A stretch of 64,000 nt of DNA from Eledone cirrhosa (taxonomy: Eukaryota). The translations under genes and the position numbers were made by a program. Each line of letters opens with the position of its first letter. The stretch's first letter is position 1. Below are positions 1 to 14,328 of the stretch, in pieces. The notes beneath the pieces are model-generated. The model saw nothing but the letters and a program-made list of their open reading frames with translations, was not told the DNA's origin and did no database searches. The stretch lies in NCBI GenBank assembly GCA_964016885.1, contig OZ024742.1, positions 124,558,001 through 124,622,000 on the forward strand, given 5' to 3'.

Positions 1-330
1 CTTCATAGTGCTTCTGAGAGAAGCCTGGTGGATTAGGGGTGTATGGCTATGTATGTCTCTGAAGTCATAATTTACTCACTATATTACGGCCTTCAATATT
101 TATATCTTCCAGGTTTTTAGTAGTAGTTTTCTTGTAGCTCCTATGCAGTTCCTTACATATAAATTCTCTATAAGTATCGTAATCTAAGGTATATATATTA
201 TTAGTTTTATCTGCATGTACTATGATTTTTCAACTTTTAATAAATCCTTTAATAGTGGAGTTACGTTAGTTTAAGAAAATGTTGTTTCTATTATGATGTT
301 TTTTGTATTAAAATATCGTAGTCCACCACA
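1..330 (-). mobile_element. Penelope-like element, degraded RT N-terminal fragment (runs off the left edge of the window)
   Basis: Manual minus-strand translation gives KIIVHADKTNNIYTLDYDTYREFICKELHRSYKK, matching the Penelope ADKTxNxY...TYKK pre-RT motif; stops present. Confidence 0.6.
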
Positions 331-439
331 CCTAACATAGCATACTATATAGCTAGTAGTAATAAAAGGAAGATTAATAACTATTTCCAACTAATTAAAA
401 CATAACAGGAGATAAACTTAGTACCTGTAAACAATAGTA

Positions 440-862
440 ATAATAATAGTAATGCACCGTCAACGCAAAAAACTCTTCTAAAACATATATAGGTTCTACT
501 TCGAACAACTTCAAGACGAGATACAACTCGCACCTCCACTCTTTCACCAAACACAATTTAGCCAGCTCCACTTCTTTAGCTACATACACTCTCTGAAAAC
601 TAGGAATAGAACATTTACACTGCAATGGGAAGTAGTAGGTAGGGCTTCATCTTATTAAACGCCGAATAAATTGTGTAATCTCTGCCTTCTGGAGACCCAT
701 ACTATAATCTTTTCGAAACTAGACCTCCTTAATAGAAAGTCAGAGACAGTTTCCTCGTGCCAACACCGGTACCGGCACTGGTTCAATAACTTTAAACCTA
801 GCTGTTACTATACAACAATGTCAGATTTGAATTGCCCACCACCATTAACATCACACATCTAG
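440..862 (+). mobile_element. Penelope-like GIY-YIG endonuclease fragment (pseudogenised)
   Basis: KTYIGSTSNNFKTRYNSH..STSLATY, then after a frameshift QWEVVGRASSY..CNLCLLE..LLNRKSETVSSCQHR (ORF 671-862), the typical Penelope endonuclease C-terminus. Confidence 0.8.
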
Positions 863-2123
863 GACTTAGCAGCACACACAACCACAAACCCCTCGAACAA
901 CTCTTTCCTCTGCACAACTCCTAGTCATCTATAACCTTATGCTCTGCAATAACAGTTAGAATTAGACATACAGTGACAACCTTGTGATATAACTACAGTA
1001 TATTAATTATATCATATACAGTAATGGATATTTGGCACTTGGTATGTAGAGACATTTAATGTAATATATGATGATAAAATATATGTGCATTTATAATTGT
1101 ATAATTAAATGCTTAAATTACACAACATAATAAAAATAAAATATATATACATTTATAATGAAATATAAAATGTAATAGCATTATATATTAGGGTTTATAT
1201 TATTACACGTATAGCATATCTAGTATGACATATTAACAGCCTTATAATCCTTCATAACATATACCTTGTCGAGTAATGAATAGATAATAATCTAAAGAGA
1301 CCTTTAATGTATGATAGTAGAATACAATGAATTTAAAATCAGGCATAAATATACAGGGTTATGTAACAGAGATCCAATGGTATCACATTACATTGTGCAT
1401 TAGAACCAAAAATTTTAATAACAGAATTGAACTTAATTAGTTTGTTACCTCCCCTTACGTATTAGCTCCCCTTATTCACTTCCGGAAATTAGCGATTGAA
1501 AATTTAACGGTTGATCAAATAAAGCCTATGAATATGAATTCATTAAGACTAATTTACAATCCATTGCTCTAACTAACTTAACACATTCAATATAAACATT
1601 AACTAAAACTTAATTCAACATATGCCATGGAAAAGCCTGCAAAAACTCTATGTTTCTCAACACACATTAATTCGAACACCATCAACATTCAACATCCACC
1701 ATAGTCTCTAATACATTAACATATTTGCTTAAAGTGCAGTATTTATTCATCTATATATGTATTATAGCTTTGCTTGTCTCCTTCTCATGTACATGACTTA
1801 CGCAGTCGCACTATCCGTAGTCTGCATATGAATTGTTATTACACTTTTCTTTTCTAAAAACTACTTCCGCAATGCCTCATCAATATTTGGACTATTCCCT
1901 TGTTTTAACTCTTGCATGTATTCCACTCCGTGCTTTTGATTTTGATTTTAATTTTAATTTTAATTTGAACTTGAATGACTGTACAATAATTGTACAATTC
2001 TCGTAAAATATATGCCACATTCATTCCACCCTGTAAATACGAAACTGTTGCTCACAACATCAACTTATATGTATTATTGTTCAGTTGAATAGGAGGTTAA
2101 TTATAGTTGCAAACATTGATAAT

Positions 2124-2168
2124 GCTCCGATGACTCCAGACGAGAATTTGGAAGAAACGTGTGTCAGC
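2124..2168 (+). ncRNA. Degenerate minimal type I hammerhead ribozyme motif
   Basis: gct-CCGATGA-c(tcca...tgga)a-GAAAC-gtgt-GTC-agc: stems I, II and III and a GUC site are present; the core is CCGAUGA instead of CUGAUGA. Confidence 0.5.
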
Positions 2169-2434
2169 TATTAAATGATTTGAACCCAACTTTGATAATT
2201 GTATAATTTATATATATATATAAAAATATGTATATATAAGCATATAATATGCATATATATATATATACTCTCACATAAGAAAGAAGAGACAGACTGAGGA
2301 AGATTGCGAGAGAGAGAGAGAGAAAAAGAGCAGACTGTATAGAGAAGGAAAAATGTGAATTGATTCAAATACATCAAAGTATTACCTGGTCATGAGGTAA
2401 AATAATGGAAACATCTAAGGAATGATAATTGGGT

Positions 2435-2437
<3 letters not shown>

Positions 2438-2499
<62 letters not shown>

Positions 2500-2545
2500 C
2501 ACACACACACACACACATATATACACCCCACACACACACACTCAC
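2438..2545. repeat. (CA)n microsatellite
   Basis: Seen directly. Confidence 0.95.
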
Positions 2546-3038
2546 ACATACACAATAATATAACCACATATACAAACTAAAATATATATACTTATCAAGC
2601 GCCATCAGTGATAAACTTTACATTAACTTATACACATGCGTTTATATACACTATATAGAGCACCTAGTCTACTTTCGCCAACTGGTGTTGCTAAATTAGA
2701 AACAAATATTAATACGTTGGCACAAATCCAACGTCAATTACATTTTTACAAACATACACTTCAAAAGATAAAATATATATTAATGATCAGGGCCCCATTC
2801 TTAAAAGCTTGCAGGATCTATGTTTGATGTGGAGGACCTGCTTAAATAAGATACCCTGTTCGGAGAGGGGGAAAGCTTAGAGTATTTACTCCCACTGACC
2901 CCGATAATAAACAGTGCAATTTGTCTGATCTTGTTATTAACAACTGGCAGATTCGTCACCGGAATTGACGAGAAAATATGAGAATATATGAAGGAGTGTT
3001 TGAGAACTCAGCACCAGCGACCCTCTCAGAAATAAGTG

Positions 3039-3205
3039 GAAGAAGAAGAAGAAGAAGAAGAAGAAGAAGAAGAAGAAGAAGAAGAAGAAGAAGAAGAAGA
3101 AGAAGAAGAAGAAGAAGAAGAAGAAGAAGAAGAAGAAGAAGAAGAAGAAGAAGAAGAAAACGTCGATGATGATGATGATGAATATGATAATAATGATAAT
3201 AATAT
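3039..3205. repeat. (AAG)n microsatellite followed by short (GAT)n/(AAT)n
   Basis: Seen directly; source of the poly-E/R/F pseudo-ORFs. Confidence 0.95.
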
Positions 3206-3439
3206 TATATGGGATTAGAAGAATGTAAGGAAAGTGCATGACCTATACTATAGGTCATGGCATTATAAAGTATAATGTATGGCATATGACATAAAACACA
3301 TAAGAGTGGTGAAATATATGAAACATAGATTTTGCTGCTGGATTACTCACATTTATTGGGGCGTAGGGATCGGCAGTTGTACATTGTTATCTGCTGGGTA
3401 ATTGATAAAGTGGCTAGCTATTCTGTGTACTTTGCACTA

Positions 3440-4020
3440 TGTTTCAAACGACGCAAACAGAATATTTTTGTTTGTAAACAGGAGAAAAGTGTTTCCTCCC
3501 AGGAGTTCTAGATGTTAGTTGATGAGGCTAGGATATTTGATTTTTCAGTGTTAACTAAATGGCATCTTGTGTCCCGTCCGTTGAAGCCTTTCAGCTTTAC
3601 CACAATAGTCCATTTGACTGTATGGTTTGTCATTCCACGTTCTTTCAATTGCCAACTATATTTTGACAGAGATGTTGGATTCTGCAATGTCTGTTATTAA
3701 ACATATAAAGTTTTTGAGAAAAGCGGTATTATTCAGTCAGTCAAATGTAGATTTTTCCCGGTACTTCTGCTTTGTTAACGAGCTCCCAGGGCTGGCATTT
3801 CTTCTCCAGTGGGCTTCGAGATAGGGGTTCTTCAATTGCATTTCTGGGATGCCTGAGACGTCTTGTTAGTTTGCGTGGTATGCTTGTCGAGGATTTGTGA
3901 TCCTATATTATTGAGGAAGCGGTAGCTCACCTTATCCAAGCTGTACTTGGTCAAAATATGCTTTGATACAAGGGAAAGAATGTGCTTATAGGGGAGTTAT
4001 ACCAGATACTCTTCCAGGCT
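3440..4020 (-). mobile_element. Penelope-like element fragment, RT C-terminus plus GIY-YIG endonuclease, degraded
   Basis: Manual translation: IWYNSP..KVSYRFLNNI..SPLEKKCQPWELVNKAEVPGKIYI*LTE..TSLSKYSWQLKERG..VKWTIV..CHLVNTEK; multiple stops and frameshifts. Confidence 0.7.
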
Positions 4021-5090
4021 GTGTGTGTTCTGTTGTTGCGGGTGTGCTAAATATATACATATATAATTCAAGTTAAAATTTACATGTAGACAGAGAGAAA
4101 GGAAAAGTCATATATCGTTTGAGAACCACAAATATTGTGTACACATATATAAATCAAATAATATTCAGGAAAATACAAGTACTTTAAGGTGGAATAAATC
4201 ATATCATCCTTACAGCATTGTTTCATAGTGCAAAAATCAGAAGCGAATAATCGATCTAACTAATCAATTATTGATTACCAGCAATATATTTCGGTTACGC
4301 AACAGCAGACAAGGATCTAATCATGAGAGGATTGTTTTTATTTACGGCCCACACTGTAAATATTAACTTTATATCTGTCCAGAGCAGACAGTTTGTTCAA
4401 ATCTCCACTCCACATGAGATACATAAAGGTTTAATGGTCTGGGTAGATTTAGATAGGACTGGACGTCGTATCCGCTAGAAGGTACTCAAAGCTACCAGTC
4501 AAATTTGAAGCAACTCACAAAATGAATACATTTGGAGTAGTAAAAACCATGTTAAGCTAACACTACATATTTTATATGTATGATGCCCCTGTGAAATCAT
4601 AAATAAGTTTAATTGTCTTTCGTTCCACCCTTATTTATATATATATATATATATATATAATCATATATATAATCATATATATATATATGTGTGTATGTGT
4701 ATATTTATGTATGTAATGTATGTATATTTGTATATGTGCATGAATGTGTGCGTGTGAGACTAAGTAGGTAGTAAGTGTGCTCAATTGAGAGAGGGCGCAA
4801 GCAAATGAAAACAACACAAAGAGAAAAAAATATTATTATGTGAACTATTGTATCAGAATAGGAATTTGTTTAACAATTCCATTCTTGAAATCCTGATTAT
4901 TTAAATATGAAAAGAACGTTGGAAGTACGAGAAACAAAAGCTTTGAGGAATATGAAGAAAAATAAAGGGAAATAAAGAAACGATATATTTTCTCTTCTTT
5001 ATGAAAGGAAATTGTTAGTGCTTGTGTATTTGTATGCCTTTACGTATTAGTTTGTTTGAAGAGTCAAACGGAAATGAAAAATTCTGCTGA

Positions 5091-5167
<77 letters not shown>

Positions 5168-6004
5168 TATGTAGGTATATATACATATTTGAGTCCAGAG
5201 TTTAATATGGGGTAAGGTACCCAATACTTTAGTAGAATTTAAACATGAAATTTAATATTGAAATGGCTTCTACAGTATTAGAACTGTTTCATTCAGTAGA
5301 AATCATCAGATGGGGGGGGGGGGTTGTGTTTGTGTGATAGGGGGTGCGAGGAGTGACAAAAAATAGAATAAGTATGCTCAATCAAATGCTATGCATGTTT
5401 TCTGCAGAGATGATACTCTGATTTCGTTTGAAATCTAAACAGTCCTTCCTTTGGAAATAGCATGAATCTGTTTATGCATATATTTGATTCTAGTTCTCCC
5501 TCTTCAAATATGTCTCTCTCAATATATCTCTCAATCTCTCACGCGCACATTCACTTTCGTTTTCTTTCTCTATATCTCTTTAAAATACTTCCTGTTCCGG
5601 ATTATTACCTCACTCAGAATAAATATCAACATTGCCGACTATGCGACATGAATGCAGAAATAGCATATAATGTTTTTCTTTCGGTTTCTTTTTTTGTGGT
5701 ATCTCTTTTCCCTTCTTTCAATATGTTATATAATTTATTTGTTCGGTTGACTCATCGCTTACAGGATTTCACGTAAGCTCCTTATCAAACAACAAAAGCA
5801 TCGGCTTGTGTGTGGTTTTCTAAAGCAAGTGGAATATATTTTGAAATCAGTCACAATTCTTTACATGAAAGGATACACACAGCCTCTCTCTCATACACTC
5901 AAATTAACATATAAACACAAAACACACAGGTAAATATGTGTGTATATATTTATATGTGTGTATTTATATATATATGTATACATATATATATATTTTTTTT
6001 TTAG

Positions 6005-6062
<58 letters not shown>

Positions 6063-6208
6063 TTAAAAAAATATATACCTTTATATATATATATACCTAT
6101 ATATGAATAAGTTTGATGAGCACAAGCCGAAACTACTCGCGTTGCGATCGGGTTTATACCATCCTCTATGTATCTCTGCCCCACTCACACTCCATTCTCT
6201 CTCTCTCC

Positions 6209-6242
<34 letters not shown>

Positions 6243-6299
6243 TAAAAATAATGCTAACAACAAATGGAAAAATAATATACATAATACCAAAAATAGGAC

Positions 6300-8500
6300 A
6301 AAAAACATAACGAAACTAAATATAATATCACAACCAAAAGTTCATCAAGCAAAGACCAATAGGAATATAAATCCTGAACAGAGAAAAATCCATGTGTTAA
6401 CGTCAGGACAACAAAAACCGGAAAAAGTAAAACTCCAGGAGGAAACATACCCAAAACAGGTAGATCCTAAAATAATTAATGTATCCAAAAGAGATCTTGA
6501 CAATGATGAAATGCAAATCCTGTCAAAAGGACTGAAATTCACACCGACTCCAACAGTCAACAACCAAAAATTGAAGGAGGATACCCAAGAATTCTATCGA
6601 AAATTACGACTTGTAGAATTCTTCGCTGATAAAAGTAATGAGGGTGACGTATCACTAGCAAAGAATAAATCAATTTTCACTCCGCCAAAAGGAAGAAATA
6701 TCTATCTCGACCAATACATTGACATCCTGTCTAAATTTTCTCTTAGACGCAATACTTATGTTAGGCTCAACATTAACAAATCGGAAATGTCTGCACTTAA
6801 ACGTATACAAAATGATAAAACAATAATAATTATACAAGCATATAAAAAGGGTGTAATTGTTACAATGGTTGCTGAATACTACAAAGATTTGTTTGAGGAA
6901 CAACTGATAGACACAACATTCTATCATGAAATACCGTCAAATATAGACCACAACATCATGAAGAAGATCAACAACCTGACCTCAAAATACTACAAATCAC
7001 TTACTTATAAGGAAAGAGGTTACATCACAAATTTTGAGCCAAAACCCAGCAACCTGTATGGCCTACCGAAAGTTCATAATTCAAAAGAAATTCAACTGGC
7101 AGTAAAAGAACAAAAGAATGAGTACATTAAATTATTACACCCAAATGACTTAAAACTTAGACCTATTATAGCTGGTCCAACATGCCCTACCCACCCTCTA
7201 AGCAATTTTGTTGACATTACTTTGAAACCACTATGTATTTACATACCCAGTTTCATCCGGGATGATATCGACTTCCTGTCCCATCTTCCTAAAACCAAGG
7301 AAACGAATTCACTTCTACTTAGTTTTGATGTGGTAAGCCTTTACACCAACATTACACATGATTTAGGAGTAAAGGCGGTTAAATACTGAGTGGAAAAACA
7401 TAGAGAGGTGATTCCTACCAGATTCACGGCGCCATTTATATTAGACGCAGTCAAACTTATTCTGGAAAACAACACTTTCTTCTTCAATAGAAAGTATTAC
7501 ATCCAAATTAGAGGCACAGCAATGGGAACGAAGTTTGCTCCTGTTTACGCGAATTCTGTAATGGGATACTTAGAACACCAACTCTGCCAAGAAATAGAGG
7601 AAAAATATAGCACAGAATTTAGAAAGTACATTGAAAAGTCTTGGAAGAGATACTTTGACGACTGTTTCATCATCTGGACCGAGTCTCTAGATACTCTGGA
7701 TGTGTTCAATATCCTCCTGAATAACCTACACCCATCTATCCAATTCACAAAAAAGATGAATAGTACCAAATAACCATTCCTAGATATAATGGTAATCAAA
7801 AACGACACAACCATTACCACGGATATATATTATAAACACACAGACACCCATCAATATCTGAATTTTAAGTCGTGCCATCCACCTCATACAAAACGCAACA
7901 TCCCATACTGCCTGGCTAGAAGAATTTGTACCATTGTAGAAGATACGAATACCAGGAACAATCGCCTAACAGAACTAAGAGAATCTTTGCTCAAACAAAA
8001 ATACCCATCTCTACTTATTTAAAATCGCATACAGCGGGCTATAAAAATACCTGTACAACAACTTAGGACAACCCAAGGAAGAAGAAACCAAGAACTGGTC
8101 ATACCATTTATAATGACACACAACCAATGTCACCAGAATATCTTCAACACTGCCAAAGCAAACCTACCGATTATTGCTCAAAGTAATGAATTAAAAGGTT
8201 TAATCATAGACCGATCTTCGACTCTTAGTAAAAGACAGCCAAATAATTTGAAGCAATTACTAACGAAGGCAAAGTTTGTCCTTAACAACAAAGACCAATC
8301 ATTCACTGTATCTAAATTCAATCATAGTCGATGTGGCACATGTTTAATCCATACACACTGGTCAATATATGAACACGAAAATTGGAAAAATATTCCCAAA
8401 TGCAAATATGACCTGCAAAAGCAGATATCTAATTTACTGCATTAAATGCCCGAATTGTGAAGAACTATATGTCGATCAAACTGGAAATGCACTATCGGAG
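6300..8500 (+). mobile_element. Penelope-like retroelement, RT plus GIY-YIG endonuclease, interrupted by stops and frameshifts
   Basis: ILSKGLKFTPTP, LYGLPKVH, LRPIIAG, SFDVVSLYTNI, QIRGTAMGT, KRYFDDCF, YYKHTDTHQYLNFKSCHP, LIYCIKCPNCEELYVDQTG across ORFs 6103-8569; 3' end cut off by (GA)n. Confidence 0.92.
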
Positions 8501-8589
8501 AGAGAGAGAGAGCGACAGAGAGCGAGACATAGAGATAGCAAGAGAGGGTGTATGTGTGTGTGTGTGTGAGAGAGCGAGAGAGAGAGAGA

Positions 8590-8640
<51 letters not shown>

Positions 8641-8641
<1 letters not shown>

Positions 8642-8806
8642 ACTTTAAAAAGCATGCTTGCTGGGAACAGCAAGTACCCTCCGATACGTCCCGAATATCT
8701 GAGGGTGCAGGTTATGGTTTGATGTTCATTTGAACAAACTTCCGAGTGAATTTACATCAATGACTAGGACTGCAAGAAAATATTAAAATATTAGTAATAA
8801 TAATAA
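8641..8806 (+). mobile_element. R4/Dong family A, 3' terminal fragment with (AAT)n tail
   Basis: Aligns by eye with 21445-21600 (gcatgcttgctgggaacagcaag..ccctccgatacgtcc..catcaatgact). Confidence 0.8.
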
Positions 8807-8855
8807 TGGCCACAACGGCTTACATATAGGGGACAATACAAAAAGACAGGAACAG
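8807..8855 (-). mobile_element. Tx1-type 3' terminal fragment
   Basis: Reverse complement ctgttcctgtctttttgtattgtcccctatatgtaagccgttgtggcca resembles the Tx1 3' end at about 10982-11027. Confidence 0.6.
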
Positions 8856-9299
8856 AATTATAGTTATAATTGTTATTATAACCTCACCAACACAATCTAC
8901 AACAGCAATGACCGCAACCATACAATCATTTCAATACTGGCCAATCAAAGTATGTAAAAGAATAATAACATAAATACTTCCCTCAGAGTAGCAGATATAT
9001 GTTCATATATTTTCTCCCAAGAAAAAGTTTTTTACTGTAGTGGGGTTATAATAACGCTGGGGATATTGATGATTGTGATGAGATCGATGGTGATGATGGT
9101 GAAAATGATCTCTTTATAATAATAACAATAGTGATGGTGTCTCAAAAAACACTGGTAGTTTCGTAACCTAATAATCGCTAGGAAGTAAATGTTGTGGTCA
9201 TAGAGTGTTACAATTTGAACAATCATATAGATACTATGGGAGTCCCTATCAAAGGATACTGAAAATGAATGCATAAGAAATGGAGAAAATGACGCTTTT

Positions 9300-10500
9300 T
9301 TCAATTGATAGAGCAGAGGTTATGTGACCACACCAGAGCAATACAAAAAGAACATCGCTGATAGAAGTGGAATTTGAAGCTGTCGTTGGACGTGAATCAT
9401 GAAACAGCAGTGAAATAAATAGTTAAGATGAAAGTTTTGTTGATGATAAGGAAGTTATAGCAGAGGACAAGTGTAGAGAAATATTTGGTAACCTACAGAA
9501 ACAGGGTAGAGATGAATTGTCTGGCGAGAGAATGTAGATGGTATGGAAGATAATTAAATTAATGAAAACATGACAGGTGAAGAGAAGGCAATGTACGACA
9601 GCATAAGGGTAAGGACACAGGAAGACAATAATAATCTTATTTGCAGCCTAAAGAGTTTAACCAATGCAAGCTGAACCAACAAACATATAAAATGAATGAA
9701 ATTTCTAAAATACATCAAAACAAATAGCATCACAATAATAAATGATCTGATAATGTCAGTAAGCATTGTTGCAACAAAATATGGATGTAGAACGTTGACA
9801 AAGGGCAGGACAATATTGTGCTTAAAATATATCACTAAAGGGAAAGAGGTAGACAACTACAGACCAATAGCATGCTTCCCATATGTGGAAATTATTGACT
9901 GGAATAATCGCAGAATCAATGTACGGATATCTTGAAGAAAATGGACTCCTACCAGATGAGCAAAATGAGTGCAAGCTTACTTGCAGAGATACAAAGGACC
10001 AGCTTTAGATAAATAAAACAATACTTAACGAGATTTTAAGAGGAGGAAGCTCCACTTGAGCACGGCGTGGATCGATTACGACAATGCCTATGACATGATT
10101 CCTGGGAATGAAATCAAAGGCCCCAGAAAAAATTCAACCACTTATTATTCATGGACGAACTTCAACTCTATGCTAAGCATGCATTCCAGCTTGGTTCCCT
10201 CGTTGATACTGTGTATACATTTAGTGATGACGTCAGAATAGTGTTCGGATTAAAACGTGTGGTGTGTTAATCTTGAACAAAAGCAAACGCATCAGCATTG
10301 AGGTGTTCGTGCTAACAACAGGAAATGTTATGGAGCAAATAGAAGAGGAAGGTTATAATTACCTAGGGATATTGGAAGTTGATGAGAGATGGAACTTAAA
10401 CCAAACTTTAAGGTGTAATAAATGCGCAGACTGGGACATTCTCAATTCGAAACTGAATGGACAGATTAAGAGGAAAGCTATCAATACAAGGGTGGTATGA
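9300..10500 (+). mobile_element. Old, degraded R4/Dong-type RT fragment
   Basis: [55 protein letters not shown]; collinear with ORF 24705-26729. Confidence 0.75.
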
Positions 10501-10502
10501 CG

Positions 10503-11045
10503 AGGACTGTAGGACAGGAAGGGTTGGCAATTTTCTTTGGTCTGGTGGCAGTATGAAAGAGGTTGTATAGTGGACCAGGTTGAAAGGACTGAAGACAGAC
10601 ACTTTTCGCTTTGGCCAATACTTCATCCACTTCTTCAAGTTACACTTGGAAAGGAAGGTGAGTGTGGAGACAGAAGTGATGCCCCCTAGTACATTTTCTG
10701 AAAGGTAGGTGTATGTGGCAAGAATGGCCCGTGTGAATTGCCCTACTCTGACCATGCGCTGTAGGCTGGTTAATTTGAGGAGGAGAGGGGTGTCCTTCCC
10801 GGGTGCCCTAGAAGCGTCGGGTAGTTCAGGATTGGTGGGGTAACAGAGTCGAACCTGCGTGGTTCACACCGCCCCCCCCCCCGGCCATTTTGCTATTTTT
10901 ATACATAGTTTATTTTATATTTTCATTGTTAAATTGGTTTTGTTACTGAACATTTTTACTCGATCTCATTGTTAACCCCCACTGTCCGTGTCTTTGTATT
11001 GTCCCCTACATGTCGGCCCTTGTGGCAAATAAATAAAATCATTAT
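10503..11045 (+). mobile_element. L1/Tx1-type element, 3' fragment (end of ORF2 plus 3' UTR)
   Basis: Homologous to the reverse complement of 27872-28390 (TRLKGLKTDTF..FFKLHLERKVSVE..VARMARVN); ends gcaaataaataaaatcattatt. Confidence 0.8.
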
Positions 11046-11049
11046 TTCT

Positions 11050-11416
11050 ATTATTATTATTTTACATTTATCTTGCTTTATGTTCATACAAGTTATCACC
11101 AAGTCACAACCAGTGACCTTAAGAGACATCAAGGTCTGCCATGTTCAAGAAAGAATACATACATACACACATGTATCTTTCGGTGTTTACAGTTGTGATA
11201 CATTTATATTGACAGAATCTTCCTTAGTATATGGGCAGTTCCTATTAATATTACCTTTTGTATTTCTTCTATACGCGGGTTTCCTGTCATTTGGCATGAG
11301 TGATCATTAGAACCTTTAGCTAACATTCCGAGAGCGCCTACAACCACTGGTATTGTTTTATTTCTCAACTTCCACATTTTTCCAAACTCCATTTCCAAGT
11401 TTTTATACTTGCTCAA
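11050..11416 (-). mobile_element. R4/Dong family B, 3' fragment
   Basis: ORF 11204-11416 (SKYKNLEMEFGKMWKL..IPVVVGALG..GTAHILRKILSI) and its 3' UTR match 27480-27840. Confidence 0.9.
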
Positions 11417-13395
11417 TTGATTATTATTGTTGTTGTTGTTGTTGCTAAGGATGCTAGTAGATGGAATAAATAAGTCGGAATCGCAAGCGACAATTTATAT
11501 TTTTACTTTATTCGTCTGATATTCAGAAAGTTAAATTATTACTAGAGATATCCTGTCTAAACACGGCATAGATAATATAAATATAATGTCAACTAGTTTG
11601 ATTCTTGCTCTAATTGTGTCGATTGGATGCGATGTTACCACTAGCGCTAATCATGTCGATGTTTCATCATTTTCTGATTTGTAGAATCGTATTTTGCTGT
11701 TGTCACATTACTATGGTCTTCACAAGTAGACTGACAGCTCAGTGGAATTTAGCTAGATACCAACGGCAGGTGTCAAACAACTACCGTACCTTCTGTTATT
11801 GAGGTTTCCTATTATTATTTGTGGAAGTAACGACGATAGAACTTTTAACATCATTAACACTTATCTTCTATATATTTTATATGAAAGATCTGACCAGAAA
11901 GCCTCTAATTAATTAATCTATCCGTTAGTAATAAGAGCAAAATATCTACTCTTGAATGTCATTCAATCGTTGTAAGTCGAACACAAAGTAGATAATCTAT
12001 CGTAAGATGCGGAACTCCTGTAAGAAATGGTCTGGTCATGGTGAATGCATTTGATCTTAGGTTTGCTCTGTCAGTAAAATCTTAGAGCTAAACAAGAGCA
12101 GTGACAACAGCATCAACCACAAGATATAACAACAAAGCAACGAGAACTTCTTATTTGATAAATAGTGATATGGGAAAGTTTTATCTTGAGAATTGTAGTA
12201 GATTGTTTTGCATTTCGAAGAAAGCACAAGGTTTTAATCTTCCAGTTCAGCGGTAGAATACATTTAACATAGATATAAATCTAGCAATACGTTAAATTTA
12301 TTATGAGTCGTAGTCATCTATAGAAGTAGATTTTTAAAAATAGAAATGTTGTTTCTAGAATATTTACGTGAATATGAAAATAACACTGGAGACATTCATT
12401 GTCCGCTAAACGTCGTTACCAAGAAGAAATATTAGTTGTCAGACAAAACACAGTTTCAAACTGTTTCTTCAAAATTGCTGTCAAACTCACTGAATGAGAA
12501 AATAACGTTAGAGATGCTATGTTTGAAAAAAAAAACAACCTCAAAACGAAAGTAAACGCAAAAAGAAAATATTACGACACACTAAAAGTGTTTTTTTTTT
12601 TTTGTTATTTCTTTCTTGTAAAATAACTCTATATATTCATTTTCGAAGTATATTACTTAAGTGAAGAAAATGAAGAATGAAATTTATATTGAAAATATCA
12701 TTTAAAGAACAGTTTTATATCTGGTTAAATGACATTATGGGATATCTTTGTTGTAGACCATGTTGCACATGAAAATAGATGTTTATTCCAGCGTAACCAT
12801 CAACATGGAAAGATATTAAAACTTATCGAGTATATTACTTGCAGAACAAACAATTTAAATTAAGCTGGTCAGTTAATAAAGAGGGAAAATTGCATATTCT
12901 TTTGTAGAGGATTGTAGGTATGGCATTAACTTTTGGTCGCGATCAGAGCAAATGTTACAAGGGAAATCAAAGAAAGCATTTCGTGTTATAGACATCACAG
13001 TAACGGTAAAAGAAATAGAAGAGCGTTAGTGTTTGAAAAGGAAATGAAGTTAGATATAGAGACAATAGAAGGGAGAATTGAAAGAGAGAGGGGGCGAGAG
13101 GTACACAAAGACAGAGAGATAAATGGGAGACAGAGAGACAACTACACAGAGAAAGATAATGGAAAGAGAACGAAAAGAGGAATATAGAAAGAGACTGTTT
13201 GTGTTGGGGGCGGAGACATAGTGGAATAAGAAAAGTAGTGTGTGTGTGGGATAGAAAGAATGATAGAAATAGAGAGAGTAGTGAGAGAGAGTGAGGGAGA
13301 TAAAGATACACGAAAGAGAACGAAGAGAAATTGTGTGAAAGAGATCTACAGGAAATAAAAAGAAGCGGGAATTAGAGAGAGACTATTTAGGGAAA

Positions 13396-13432
<37 letters not shown>

Positions 13433-13807
13433 GTTAGAAAAGCATAGAAGAAACACAAATCTGACTGAGACACCGTAGATTGAATGAAGAGACGAAGCAG
13501 GGAAATAAAGTGTGAATAAAAGAAAAGATAGAGAATAAGATCCGTTTCAATAATGTGTTGATTGAGTAGCCAGCCGATGACAATGACTCATATATATATA
13601 AAACCGCATTGAACTTTGTTTTACATCTGTATATCAAAGTCAAATATTCTATCATTGATCAATTTAAGTTATTTATAATGCAGCGCACGCACAGAGTCCA
13701 AGATGGAGATGTAAAAATACATAGAAATAGATGTATGTGCGTGAGTAAGTGTTAGGGTGATTCTGTGGTCGCGTATAGGATGGGGAAATGGACTGAAACA
13801 GAAATAT

Positions 13808-13853
<46 letters not shown>

Positions 13854-13967
13854 CATATATATAAATATAAGGGGTGGTGAGTATATTGTATGTGCGTGAA
13901 TGTGTATAGTTAGGGTCAGTGAAAATAAAACCAAAGGCATAAAAAATAAGGGTCAAGAAGCACAATA

Positions 13968-14160
13968 ATTATTTCTACATTTTGGCACAAGGCTAGCAAT
14001 TACCCCAGTACATTACTGGTACTTTATTTTATCGACCCCGAAAGGAGGAAAGGCAATGTTAACCTTGGCTGGATTTGAACTCGAATCGAAAAGGCGCGTA
14101 ACTCCATGCTGCAAAGCATAATGTCTTACCCTATACCGATATTGCCAATATACGACTCTT
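13968..14160 (-). mobile_element. tRNA-derived SINE, family A
   Basis: Matches 45466-45648; flanked by an imperfect target-site duplication caagaagca(c/t)aat. Confidence 0.85.
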
Positions 14161-14269
14161 CAAGAAGCATAATCATGCACGTTTGTATGATAAAACATAC
14201 CTATATATGTATGTCATACGTAGTATATACATTTTATATACATTATACATGTATTATATAATATACATA

Positions 14270-14328
<59 letters not shown>

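Noticed and set aside
5285-5312. Minus-strand CTGATGA..GAAAC hammerhead-like string
   Set aside because: Stem I does not close and stem II is marginal.
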